Shown here: in pieces, positions 10,880-23,989 of the stretch | Numbering within the stretch: position 1 is the first letter of the stretch | How the letters are laid out: every line of letters starts with the position of its first letter | DNA from: Chrysemys picta bellii | Lineage: Eukaryota | Assembly (NCBI RefSeq): GCF_011386835.1 | Contig: NC_088806.1 | Location: 18,848,001-18,912,000, forward strand | Direction: 5' to 3' | Length of the DNA stretch: 64,000 nt | Made by a program: the position numbers and the translations under genes | The notes under the pieces: model-generated | What the model saw: only the letters and a program-made list of their open reading frames with translations | What the model was told of the DNA's origin: nothing | Database searches by the model: none

Positions 10880-11100
10880 CACAATGTGTTAGTCTGCACC
10901 AATGGGGGTGTAAGTTTTAGTCCACACTAAATAGTCTATGTGGACCCTGCTGGTATGTACTGAAAGTTCCCTATTGTGTATTACACTAATTACAGTATTA
11001 TATTAATATGCACACAAGCAGGGTCCACATGGCCCAGTTAGCGGGAACCACACTGGTGCAGACTTAAACTTAAACCCTGCCGATGTGGACTAGTGCACTG
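10880..11100. mobile_element. Degenerate palindromic MITE-like repeat
   Basis: Inverted internal arms AGTCTGCACCA/TGGTGCAGACT and ATGTGGACCCTGCT/AGCAGGGTCCACAT. Confidence 0.5.
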
Positions 11101-11154
11101 TGCAGAGAAGCCCCAATATTTCAAGTCTCCCCCACTTTCTTTGTCATGTCTGTT

Positions 11155-11270
11155 TGACTGTAAATTTTGGGGGGAAGGGACTGTCTCTGACAATGTGTTT
11201 GTCCAGGGCCTAATGCAATGGGCTCCTGATCTCAGCTGTAGCTGCTAGGTGCTACAGTAATTCTAATAAT
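11155..11270 (+). mobile_element. L2-type LINE 3' tail fragment
   Basis: GACTGTAAATTTTGGGGGGAAGGGACTGTCTC...TAGGTGCTACAGTAAT, same family as 1020 and 9283. Confidence 0.55.
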
Positions 11271-11676
11271 ATTCAGATTACTTGAGAACCAAGCAAGTGC
11301 TTCTGGCTAAATATCTTGAAGATGAACCAAAACTCTGACCCAAACATTCTTATACTGGGGAAATCCAGATCTAGATCAGAACTTTATGGAGTAAGCCCCT
11401 CTCTCTTTAATTAGGCTTCCTCTGCCCTTGTCTCTCAGTTCACTTTCTCCAGAGACAATTTGTACTAGCGTGACTCAGCAGCAATTCTGCATCTTCATGC
11501 AGGGTTCAAGCCCACAACAAGCTGACTCAAAAGAACTTTATATGGGATCCTAGAGTTTGCCAGCATTGCTTTTATTGTTGATGCACATGAACGTCAGTAA
11601 TGTGGGTGATCATAAGCCTCCTCCCTCCCTCCTATTTAACTTTTGAAAGGGCAAGTGTGGGTCAAGGTGGAAGTGG

Positions 11677-11759
11677 GTTCTTCTTCGAGTGATTGCTCAG
11701 GTGTATTCCACAGTAGGTGTGTGTGCTCGCCACATGCAACGGTGCCGGAAGTTTTTCCC
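11677..11759 (+). mobile_element. Possible DIRS-type (tyrosine-recombinase retroelement) terminal fragment
   Basis: GTTCTTCTTCGAGTGATTGCTC...TATTCCACAGTAGGTGTG...GGTGCCGGAAGTTTTTCC resembles my recollection of reptile DIRS termini; no coding part present. Confidence 0.45.
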
Positions 11760-14700
11760 ATATTTGGGAACAATGGAAAACCAGCAAAACGGGGGTGGGG
11801 GAGAATCGTTCCCATTTCAATCGTCTGCTCCATTTTGGAGGTAGGAACTACCCATGTGAACCATAAACAGAGCTCCATCAGAAAATATCCTATCATCCCT
11901 TAGCCTCACTGAGCCCTAACATATACGCACAGAGCAAACAATGACTACTTAAATCATTGGCTAGGGACTATCATGTGTCTGAACTGTTCAGCTCCTCTTT
12001 AGTTTGTTGTTATGCTAATAAAACGAACACACCTAAAAAGGCTAATTGTGTCATGGAACAAAATGTCTCTAGGCTGTTTGTGGTCACTGAAGGGACTGTT
12101 ATTGCATCCATGGTCACTTTGGCAATATTAGCATAATTTGCATTCCCTATTAAATCAAAATAGAGAAGATTCCATCATTTCCAGGAAAGTCTTGTAAAAA
12201 GGAATTCAAGGCAGCGCCTTCTTTATATCCTTGGGACCCTTGAGTTGATATATGATCATGTCTACCTGTTCTGACCAGTGCAGATTGTTCAACATGCCTG
12301 TAGATAAATGTGGTGGACAGCTAAGCCAGTTGCAAAGACCAAAGAGTAGTGCCTTGACTAAGGTCACATATCAAGTCAGTTGAACTGAAACGCAGAGTCC
12401 TGACTCAGTCCAACATGACTTCCACAGACACGCCCCAGCCATGGTGCTGCCCTGAATTTATATCAGCCTAAATCAACCCCTCTTTTCAATTTTTGCACCT
12501 TCATAGGATTCAGATGAGCTGAGGCATGCCTCAACTCAAGATTCTGAAATAGGCCGGGGCACCAACTTCTTGTCAGGGCAAGATTTATCTGTTTTAGATC
12601 TTTCAGGACCATGGACAGTAATTTTCACAACTCAAGCCATCCTTTTGCCCCCTTACTTTGCAGCAGGGGTATCAAACCTTTCCAACCGGTGAGATGAGTA
12701 TATTATTTCAAAAAGGTCAAGGAGCCGCAAACCAAACTAGTAATCCAACCAGGGAGCACAAAGGAGGTAGAAATCACCTGCAAATGATTCCCTCAGGGTA
12801 AGGACATCCCCAGTAGATCTGTAACTGGCTCCTGCCCCTTATGCTCTGTAGTGTTAGCTCCTTCCATAAGGCTTGCGATCTATTTCCACCTACGTGGTGA
12901 ATGATCTCTGGTCCTATGGACAATTTCCTCATCAGCAACAGGATAGCCCAGGGGATGTTCCTCTTCCTCGTACAACCTGTCTCCCTTGACAGAAAGAAGG
13001 AAATTGTATCTCCTCTCACTTACAACAGTTCCACAGCAACACAACTCCATTAACTTCAACAGAGTCACTCCTGGCTTATACCACTACATGTGAGAGAAGT
13101 ATTGAGTTTTTGCTGTGTAATTAATGCTGCCATCTGTCACTGACTAATGTGCCAAGAGACTTCAGTGAGAGTTCCATTTGCTTAAGCTAGGCTGAATTTG
13201 GCCCTAAGTCAGCTCAAACCAATTTTTATCCTCATAGGTGTGTGTAAACCAAGTTTATATGGAGCAACTCACGCTCTTGGGTGGTTAGTGTAAGACCCCT
13301 TACAGCAGGGCCTGGATTTTCAGAGGCTAGTTGCTAAGCTCTTTGTGAAAATCAAGCCCTTTCCAGATGTATCGGGGTGGGCACCCAAAAATGGAGGCAC
13401 ATGAAGTAACTAGTCACTCTTGGCAATCTCAGGTGTAGAAAGCTAATCAATGGTGTGCATCCTAATAAGGAATCCTCAGGGGTGATGATCAATTCAATTC
13501 CCACTGACTTTATAGGGAGTAATTAGCCATACCACAAAAGCACCCAAAATGTACTAGGTGCGCTACAGACATATAGAAAGGTATGGTCCCTACCCTGAAG
13601 AGCTTATGATCTAAAAAAGGGAACTTCACACCGCTCTGGATTTGGCTGTTTAATATAGGTCAAGAGCCTCCTCTAGTGTAAACTGGCATATAATGGAGCT
13701 ACACTGATTTAATCAACTGAGGATCTAGTCATCAATTATATCTGCCTTTTCCAAATACCCCCAGTTAAAATTTCTCTGTCACCAGTAAGTGGGTGAATAT
13801 TTGAAACACTGGAATTTTGCAAGGACAGAAATTCCAATTTTCGACCCACTCCAGTCACTGCTAGTTTACATTGGATGGAACATCAGATCTGCTCCACATT
13901 TGAGAGCATTAAAATGTGTTTAAGAAATACTACCACACAAATGACGATTTTGGTCTAACAGCTACTTTGGGCCATGCAAAATTAAAAGCACTCGCTACGC
14001 ATTTTTCATAACTTAAAAAAAAACACACAGTCAAGCTGCACTTTTATAAAGTGGTTTTGAAATGGAAAGGTTGAGGTGTCATCTGTGATGTATTTTCACC
14101 CTTATTTTTGTTGGGGCAAAGTGGGTAGACAGTAGTTCTGCATATATTTAATATGCAAATGTGAGACTGGGTTAGAGAGAGAGCATTTACGGATTCTTAT
14201 CTGTTCATAATATCTTCATTGTGTTTGTGGCTTTCTAAGACAGACACCACATTAATTCTTTGAGGCAGATGCTACAGTATATTTGTGTAATATAATATCT
14301 CATGCATATACTAAAGCAAACTTTTCCCTTTTTCAAATGAGGCGAGCCCCCAATCTTAATAAATATTTTATTATAAAAAGCCCGTGTAGGGAATGAGTTA
14401 ATTGTCTTTCCCTTTCACCAGCTGCAAACTGCCACATGCAATGTGTGGGACAAACTCTCCAGGAAAGAGGAACAAAATGAAAATGTTTCCCCTGTGGGTT
14501 TCCCTTTTTAGACTTGACGGGACTGTGAAATTCACAGGACACAGCTCATTAAAACCAAGCTGCCAATCTGTGACCTCTTGACTAGGAAGATAAGATCAAT
14601 GCAAAAACTCAGCAGTTTTGATTGTTAGATAATTCAACTACAGATCAGAAGAATTTGCAGATCAGGCTGTTAACCCAATAGATACCCAGGCATATTGCTC

Positions 14701-17334
14701 TCTATAAAATGGGTTTTGAGGAAAAAGAAAGCGAACTGCCCATGCAAGTGTCTAGTGTTACCGCCGCTTGGCTGGTACTCAGCCAATGGTTAATAAAAGT
14801 TACATAACGGAAGTCAAAGACACGCTCCTCTTGTTATACTGGAGACCCAGCATTGCTGAGTGGGTGGGAGAATGAGAGAAATTGGCCCTCAGCTCTGAGC
14901 CTTCCAACACACCTGAGTGGAATGGATACTCAACAAGGATGAAATTCACCCGCATGACCAGTGCAGGCCTGGACATCACTTGAATTCCACAGCAATTCTG
15001 AAACTAGGACTTTAGAGGGACTGAAGTGGAGCACAGGTCTCGTGCTAGCTGCTCTGCCTGGAGTAAATGTCGCTCTACAATTACCTACCTTGGGCCAGAT
15101 CCTCAACTGGTGTAAATCAGTGTAGCTCTACTAACTCTGGTGTAAATCAACATAGCTCCACCAGCCATGGGTCTGGTTTCTACAGAAAACAATGCTATAT
15201 CAATACTGAATACAGACATACTTTCCAAAGCTGGTAGCCCCTATTTGTCCTTGATGTACCTCCATGGAAAGTCACTGCGGGCTTCACCAAGGATGAGCTT
15301 GGCCTTTGGATTTTAATATAAGAATATTTAGAATCTGTTTCAATGGAAAATTGGGGTTGGGGCAAAATGAATAATATTTTTTTTGCAGAGTTTGGCTTCT
15401 GCAAAAAAATTGGACTTTTTGTTGTTAAAGCTGAACAACCAAAATGCTTTCAGGTTTCAGCTGAAACCCCCCTCCACAAAAATCATTCATAAATGCTGCC
15501 AAAATGCCTCCTGGAAGTTGTAGTTCAGATGTCTTATGCTCCATCCTCTTTTTATGGGCCAGGTTCTTGAGTCAGACTACATCTCCCATGGTGCATTACA
15601 GCTAGCGATACCCCTGATACCTCCCAGTGGCTCACAAAAGGAGATCGTATGTAGTCCACCCAAGGAACCCAGTTGATTGAGAAGAGCAAGGGCATGAGGC
15701 ACCTGAACTGCAATTCCCATGAAGCATCCTGATAGCACTTCAGAATCCAAATATTTCCTTTTGACTTTTTCCACCAAAATAAAAAATTTTCCAAGCAGCT
15801 TTAATCTTTTGTTTACCGAGTTCAATGAAGGGTCTAATTCAGTCAGACTGAAATCCACCCCGCACAGGGCCATCAAAAAAGCGATTTCTTCGGATTTATA
15901 AATTATATTTGAGGTCTTACGTGGTGCAAAGGACCATCTAACAATGGCTGATTTTCACCCTTTATGCACAAAAGACAGAAAGTTTCATTCCCATTCTCAG
16001 CTCTCCCATTGTTCTCACTTTGGATATGCACTTTGTAACCATTCCCTCTCCTGCAAGGAAAGACGAGCTTTAAGGGAGACTGCAATCTGGAATTCCATCC
16101 ATCTGCTGACCGTGTCCATTGAGAGCTCCCTGCTTTGAAGGAGTGAATTAAGCCTTGCTCGTGGAAAATTAGCTGCAGAGTGAGATTTCTCAGCTAGTGT
16201 AAATCAGCCAAAGTGCTCTTGAAGTCAATTGCCAGCTAAGAATCAAGTCCACAATGTGATAGGGAGCAACATCAGGATCTGTGCTTGCACCCATCAAATT
16301 TGCAAAACTCATGTTGACTTAAGTGGGACTTATGGCCTGTTTGCAGATTCAGTCTCTGATGTGTAGAAGCCAGAGCTGTTGTAGCCCTGTTCTGGGTTGA
16401 ATAAGGTAGAAGAAGGGCTGAATAGCATTAGCTTCTCTGCAATATTCGCCTTCTCCAGATGATTTTCCAGGGACTCTCTCCAGGGTGCAATTCCCATGCT
16501 CCCAGAACCCAGAGAAGAAAGAATGTGGCAAAGATTCATTTTACTGCTTGAAACAGGAGCTTTCTTGGTAAATATGTTCAGTCCCTAATGTGAGCCTCCA
16601 ATTCCAATCTTGGATGGTCTTTTTAAATTAACGAACCTGCATCTTAATTCTAAGCCCGCCGAAGATTAAATTATTCAGTGTCAGTTCTTTAAGGTGGATG
16701 TCCTGAAGAAATACCATGAAAATTGTAGCCCAGTTGGAAATGTGCAACAAAATAACCTCTTTGAATTGAGCGTTCTGTAGCTCCACCCAGTTCCACACGT
16801 TTGTGACATCAGTTAAAAAAAGAAAAGGAAAGATGGCCATAGTGCTTAGATCAATGTCATTCTGCACGAGGCAGAACAGAATCCAAATACAAAATAAAGA
16901 GCGAGAAATAAGCACCATACTGCTAGCCTATCAATGCTTTGGCTTTACTGTGCGTAAACCAAATAGAGCCAGATACTGGGGACGGAACCCAGGGGTGATG
17001 ATTTTCAGAAACGACCAGTGATTTTGTGTGTCTCCATTTTGGGGTGCCCAATACGAGGCTTGAGTTTCAGAGAGTGCAGAGGCAGCTGCTGAAATCCAGG
17101 GTCCTTTAAGATATCCCAAGTTGGGCCTTGAAAATCACGGCCCAAGTCTCTCAGCTCCCAGGTCTAGGAACAGGCTTCACCTGACACACTAGAGTAGAGG
17201 TGTGCAGACACATCTACAGAAATTCCCACATCAGCCGTGGCATTGGTTGCCAGGCAGACGTTCTGAGATTGTGAATAGGAGGGCAGGTGCCCATGTGGAA
17301 AAGTGACACTTGTCACACACACAGGGTACAGGCA

Positions 17335-17455
17335 CAGGGGCTCTGGAACAATTTGTATAGGGTGGGGGGTGCTGAGCCCCACTGAACCAAACTGTAAACC
17401 CTGTATATGATGCCAATCCCTTCAAGGTGTCTCCCCGTTTTAGCTCCAGCACCTA
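17335..17455 (+). mobile_element. Short hAT-like MITE remnant
   Basis: CAGGGGCTCTGGAAC...CTCCAGCACCT ends; internal sequence shared with 56396-56500. Confidence 0.55.
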
Positions 17456-17840
17456 AGAACAGACAGAGGATGTTCAAAAATCAAATGACAGACCAAAAAA
17501 ATGCAACATAATCTTTAAAAATCTCAGGATTTGGGAGCCAATCTTGTGATGATGGTGTCTAACTCATGGTTTTTGCTTTTAACTTTTGGGGTTGGCAACA
17601 CTGTCAGGAAAATATTTGTCACTACTCTAATAAGCTTGGACAGCTGCAAACCAAGAGGAGGAGCCAGCGCCATGCGTCCAGCCACTCGTCCATGGGCCAC
17701 CAGCGAGCATCCGGTAGTGAATGGTCAGTTTGGAAACCATTACATTTGCCCGTCCACCCAGGCAAGTTGCTTAAATCTTTTTATATATCTCATCCCCTAT
17801 GGCCTGGTCAACACTTAGAAGTTTTGCCATCATAGTTTCA

Positions 17841-18084
17841 GGACTATGTCAGTTAGGAGACTGGGAAAAAATCACACCCCTAATAGACATAGCTGTGTTA
17901 TCAAAAGCCCTGGAATAGACATAGTTATCCTTTTGTCAGCATACCTCATATTTTTGGGGTGGGGGCATCTGGTATAAGCTGTACCAGCAAAGGCACTCTT
18001 TTGCTTATACAAGCTGCATCTCCACTCTAGGCTTGTTTGCTGGTATAGCTACACCAGCAAATCTTTTCTATTGTAGACAAGGCC
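17841..18084. mobile_element. Harbinger-like MITE remnant
   Basis: GGACTATGTC...TTGTAGACAAGGCC ends; internal GCTGGTATAGCTACACCAGC motifs shared with 61468-61765. Confidence 0.5.
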
Positions 18085-19714
18085 TGTCTGTCAAATGGGA
18101 GCAATGATGTCTGAAAATATATGGGATTCAAGCTGTCTGCAGCACAGGTTGGAAGGTCAGTATTTTCCCCAGTGTGTAGGTTTGGTAACTGAGGCAGAGA
18201 GAAATTGAACAGTTTACATGAAGAGATTTGTGGTCTGGAGCTAGGTCTGATCTATACAACCAGAATGAGAATCTGACCCTGACTTGCCATACGAGCTTGG
18301 GCAAGTCATGTTGTCTATACCTCAGTCTCCCCATCTGTAGAATGGAGACACTGATACTAACTCATGTTTGTAACATTCTGTAGAATCATACAGGCAGGGG
18401 GCGCTCTGAGAACAGAACACAGCAATTCCTGGTTCCCAGCTCTGCACGCCTCTGTGCCATGTGGTTTTTGAGGGAAATGAGCTGTGACTTCCATCTTTCA
18501 CAGGCTTTTCAAAATTCACAAGTGTGAATCTTCAGGCCAAAAAAGTGACATTGATTTTCCTTTCTTCCCATCCCTGCTCCCCCCAGGCTTCACTGTGAAT
18601 AACATTCAGTTCCTTGGAATTTCACAAAAATTTGCCATTTGAAAACAGATTTCAAGGCCATAAAAACCACATGAAACAAATTGTCAAAAAAGTTGCATTC
18701 ACTTTTTGGGGGGAGCGGGGGCAATTAAACTGGTGATTTATTTTGTTTATTAAAAACATTGGTCTGAATTCACTCCTTGTCTAAACCTTATTGATTTTAG
18801 AAGGGGGGGGGAGATTTTCCCTGATCCAAACCCACTGAATTCAATGCAATGGCTTCCCCCCGATGTAATCCTACCGACTTCAATTGTTACACCAATGGTT
18901 CATTTCTCTTCTCCTTATGCTGTCCGACTCCTGTTTATCCAGAATAGTGTGGTGTTTGAGGTTGGAAAAGGGTTTCTTTAGGGGGCACAGGTTCCGATTA
19001 CAACAGGCGTAGTGAATCAAGGGATTTATCTAAATCATTGTCACCTCACATCAATTAATTTAATATCTGCTAATCTATGTGAGAACAGAGAACTGGCTCT
19101 TACACATTTTTTAGTCTTTTTATCAGTAATTTGGGTAAGTGAGCTTCACGCTATCATAAGTAATGCTATCTGACAGGAGGCTTCCAGTCGCACTCTGCCT
19201 CCGAGGAAAGAACTTTTTTTGACTATGAGGTCCAAATGAAGTGCAAAATTCCAGAAGATGGAGCGAGTGAGGGCTGGGAAAGGAGATGTTTATTCTCAGG
19301 AAGTGCTAAATCCCATCCCAAATGGCCCCAGCAAAGCATTTGTACATGTTGTTCCAAAATGCAAGCATCCAAATGCCTTTCAAGATCACAGTATCTAGGA
19401 TATAGATTGGCCAACTTCTTCTTGGCATGTTTCATCGCAGGAACAGTGTCTGGGGTTTATTTTCCATGTGGGACTATTAATAACCAGTGTGAAGCGGGAG
19501 AGGAAAGCGAACTGTTGACGTTCATTGTAACTGTCCGTAAACACTAGGATCTGGGTAAAGTCAGCACCTAGCTTTCCATGTCAAATGTCTCCATTGGAGC
19601 TAGAGGCTTCCAAGGTCGGCTGGAGATGTGACCCACCTCCTGCCAATGTGGGCTCTGGTGTAAATGCTGGTGGTTCCAAGGATGACCTGGGCCTGATCCA
19701 AAGCCTATTGAAAC

Positions 19715-19835
19715 CATAAGATCAGCCATACTGGGTCAGACCAATGGTCCATCTAGCCCAGTATCCTGTCCTCTGGCAATGGCCAATGCCACATGCCTCA
19801 GAGAGAATGAACAGAACAGGCAATCATCAAGCAAT
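19715..19835 (-). mobile_element. CR1 3' UTR end fragment
   Basis: GCCATACTGGGTCAGACCAATGGTCCATCTAGCCCAGTATCCTGTC is the reverse complement of the 3' end at about 2545-2600. Confidence 0.85.
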
Positions 19836-21769
19836 CAATGGGCTTTGTGTTTCAGACCAAAGGCCACTGAGATGGGTTCCTGGGGAAATACTTTCAGGTC
19901 TGCTGTCAGGTCCGGTAACCTCACGTTGGTCATCTGTATTCAAAGCCTTAGCAATTATTGCTGGGGGGCGGTAACACAAACTCATTGTTCCCTGCAACAA
20001 TCCTAACTAACTCTGTTCTCAGGATAGTTTAGCACAGTTTGGTGCTTCCTGATGCACAGACAACTGGCAAGGTGTGTCCCTCAGCCGCCTGTCTTCAGCT
20101 GATCCGATAGTGCAAGGGGGAGGCTCTTGTGGTTCAGGAACTGAATTAGGATTGCATTCCCATAGGTGCTCTGAGTGTAATGATAGATCGCTTTATATAA
20201 GTAGGTAGAGCAGAGGCTCACACTGGCAATGTTCTGGAAGCAGGAAGTATCCACCGGTAGTTGAATGAAAGAGAGCACTTTGCAGGAAACAAGCAGCATG
20301 CTCTAAACCAAAAGAACAGGGCCTTGTGCTTACACAGTTCTCTTCTCAACTGGTTTACCCCCACACATTTGGGGCTGGGGAGAGACAAAGCGGAAACCAA
20401 ACAGCAATTGTGAAGAATTGGGGAACTGGACTGTATTCCTCTGCCTGTTAATGGCAGAATGGATGGGGGCCATCTGGTTTCCCCTCCATAGGCCCAAGTG
20501 CTGACAGCATCCCTGTTTTCCCCTCTTCCTATCAGAGCATGTGGTTGTCTAAATTAGGAATCCTTTCACACCTATCTTAGAAGCCATTGAGAGGTGTTAA
20601 GAGTAAATTACGTGTGAACAATATATGAAGTGGGCACGCAAACCAGGCCCGAGGTGTTAATCACGTGCTTAGTAAAAATAGAAGGCACCAGGAGGTGATT
20701 GCAGGGCTGGCAGGGAGAGGTGGCTTCAGTCACAAGCCTGGCATTGGTGTCTGACATGGGTTGGGTTTGCTTTACATTAACACATCTCTTTGGTGTTCTG
20801 ACCTTTCAGGGAAGGAGGGACAGTCTCCTGGCTAAATTACATGGCTCCTATCAATCATAAGGGACACCATCAAGCACCCATTCCCATTGGAATGGGCTCT
20901 AGTACCTTTGAAAGGATTGCTTGCTACTTCCCCTCACCCCAGCCGGATTTCCCCTTCTGCACCTGAAACAAAACATGAATTCAACCACTTCCAATCTTTG
21001 GGGAAGTCTAGATCCCCCTCCAAACCTCAGGTAGTCTTAAGTTCAATAAAGGATGGAACAGGAGGGAGTCGTCATGCCATATTTGCCGTAGCTGTGGGGA
21101 GGAGTCTCCATTGCTGTGCAGCGACTGTGCGTGTTGCCAGTGTTGCATGACAGCCAGCTTCATTTGCGCAATGTTAGTACCGCACTGTTCTGGACAGCAT
21201 AATGGATCCAAATAAGAAGAGCAAATCCAAACACCCTCAGCCTCTGGGGAAATTCAGCTCTCAGGCTGGGCTCTGCGGAGTGGGCGTATCCCTCCACTGA
21301 AGTACAGAGGCTGTGGATCTTAGTCTGTATTAAGATATGAAACTTCTCAGACAACTCTGAGGGAAGAGTCTCTTCTAGTGCTTTCAGCAGCCGGTCACTG
21401 GTATCAGCATTCCTGGGGCCTGAAGGGAGTGTTACGTAAGCCAAGGGGGGCAAAGTCAGCTGCCAGGACAGTTCGAATGAAGCCCAAGCACTCAAATCAG
21501 CAGCAGAGATTCTCCCACTCTCCATAAGCTGGGAGGGGGAGGATAATTCCCCACCCAACCCTTAATAGCACTTTCTAGCTACTCTGGAGAGCCCCATCCT
21601 TGACCCTCTATCTCTCTGACCTACCCTTATATCTGCCTTCTTGTTAGTCACCTGCTCGCTCCCAGTTTTAAGGGGCCCAAGGGCTGTAACAAGAGCATTG
21701 GGCCACACATACCTGCTTCAAGACTCAATGCTGTGTTACAGCTGTCTAGTAGCTACAGCAGAGGACTGA

Positions 21770-21960
21770 GAGTTGGGGTTCCAGGGTCCATTCCCAGCTG
21801 GGGGAGGGTGTTGTAGAGACATTAGAACTGCAATAGGGACTTTCACATTTTATAGCTGGCTCTGCCACTGCTTGTGTGACCGTGGTCATGTCACTGGGGA
21901 CTCCTCCCCAAGTCACTCATGGTGCCTGCTATCTCAGGTGTGAAATGAGGCTGATTCGTA
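21770..21960 (+). mobile_element. Degenerate MIR/CORE-type SINE
   Basis: CTCTGCCACTGCTTGTGTGACCGTGGTCATGTCAC and ATCTCAGGTGTGAAATGAGG core remnants. Confidence 0.5.
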
Positions 21961-22019
21961 CCTATGACCTCCATCACCACAGTGTTTGAGCCGCTCCTAT
22001 GCACTAAGGCATTTCCCCT

Positions 22020-22150
22020 CTAAATATCCCTATGAGGCAGGGCAGTGCTGTCATCCCAGTTTTACAGATGCGGGATGGAGGTACAAAGAGATCAAACCAT
22101 TTACCCTTGAGCACATGGGATATCTGTGATTTAGTGGCAGAGCAAGGAAT
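22020..22150 (-). mobile_element. MIR/CORE-type SINE
   Basis: ATCCCAGTTTTACAGATGCGGGATGGAGG is the reverse complement of the CORE motif. Confidence 0.55.
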
Positions 22151-23909
22151 TGCCTCTATCACAAGGCCATTCAGCCTTCCACGGGGTGCTGTGAGGCTTC
22201 ATTAATGTTTACGAAAAGCTTTGAGACCCTCAGCTGGATCCGTGAAGTGTTGTTATGCTATAAAGTGAAGCTGGCACATTTGGATTTCCAGACCGATCCG
22301 GGAAATTGCCATATTTCGTTGGCACGGCTTAACGGAGATGAGTAACAAAAACTGGCTTCAAACTGGATGTGTTTCTTATAGTGCTCCCGGTGGGATCTGA
22401 GAGGACAGGCCGTCTCTTGCATTTTTTTCCAGCCTCAGAGCATGTACAGACTGAGAACAATGGACCCAAATAGCCTCCACTGCTCATAGAAAGGGTCTGC
22501 GGGAGCTGGGGCACTGGGATTGTGTTTTAATACAGTGTTATCACAAATTAAGATCTCTTGATTCTATACAAGACAACAAAGAGAGTGCTACCCCCAGTCT
22601 GTCACCTCCTGTGCTTAATGGAATTAGAATGTCCTGTAAGAGTGCATGAAAAATCCCCAAATTCTGCTTATTCCATAAACATGTTACTAGCACGATACAG
22701 CTCCACTCCTCTTGCCTTTGATGTGAGGTAGATTTTATTAGGGCCCAAGTGACTGATAGGAGCAACTGTTAGCTGTTGAGTACCTAGCAACAATACAAGG
22801 CATTATCCATCCTCCCTTGGCAACGCTGGGATTGTATTGCGAGCATTTGTGTTCCATGTGGTTGGAAAGTGGAAGGGATTTTGTAGGTGGATTATTTACA
22901 ATTCAAGCATTTTGTTGGGTAAGAAATAAATTGCTGCATGGGTTTAGTCTGAGTATTCTTATTACATAACCACAATACATAGTGTTTCTATAGCACCTTC
23001 AGTCCAAAGATCTCAAAGCATTCACAATCCGTGGTGATCAGCACAGCATGAACAGGTAATGGTTTACAAGGCATGTTGCAGTTCTTTGCTGTGTCCCTGC
23101 GTGGTGTCTCACTGAGTTGGATGGCAGTTCAGATGTGAGCGCTCTAGCTGGAGAGCATAGTAGAGATGTCTGCGCTGCACTGGCTGTGTTGCAACAGAAA
23201 ACCGTTAGAATTACCGAGCCAGATACTCAACTGGTGTATATCAGTGTAGCTACATTGAGTTCAATCTATACACACCAGCTGAGGACCTGGCCCACATCTC
23301 AGTCAATCAGATATTGTGCAAGCCCTAACCTTTCCTCTTTGCACCTGCAGATGTGAGCGCTCAGGGTCAGGGAGGAAAGTGAATTGCCAGCGTCAACAAA
23401 TCAAATGCACACGGTATATCTCATTTATGCATATGTAACATTCTACTGAATGGGCAACAGAAGGGGGAGTTAAAAAAGACAGTGAGTCAAATACGGTTCC
23501 CATTGCAATTCAATGGCAGTTTTGCCATGGGCTTCAATGGGCTCCGGATTTGGCCCACTGGGAACAAACACTGAGAGTGAAACATCAGACACCCTGTGGC
23601 TATAGATGCACTTAAATTTTTTAAAAGCATTAGTGCTTCTAAATTTAGAATGCTGCACTTCTGTTTCGTTAAAAATTTGACTTTTATTCCAGCTAGACTC
23701 CACAGAATCTGTCCCCACAAAAAGAACCATGCTCTGCTCTGTGGGCTGCACTATGCAGCCAAATCTCTTCTTTTTTTTTTAAATTTGACCTTATCTAACC
23801 TGGAGGTGCTCCAGACAATGTCTCTGGCATCTGTTCAAGCATAGAAACTTGAACCTCCAAAGACTCCCAGATGCAAACAGACATGCTTTAGTTCAAACGT
23901 GAATTAAAT

Positions 23910-23985
23910 CAGGGAAGTCTTATATGGCCTGTGTTATACAGGAAATCAGACTGGATGCTCACAGAAGTCACTTCTGGCCTTATAA
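23910..23985 (+). mobile_element. Old CR1 3' UTR end
   Basis: GGCCTGTGTTATACAGGAAATCAGACTGGATG...CTTCTGGCCTTATAATGTATGAA, same pattern as about 2785-2850. Confidence 0.6.
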
Positions 23986-23989
23986 TGTA

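Noticed and set aside
16628-16918. LKELTLNNL peptide reminiscent of a leucine-rich repeat/TLR
   Set aside because: One short motif only; TLR ectodomains are encoded by long single exons, whereas this frame closes after a few codons.
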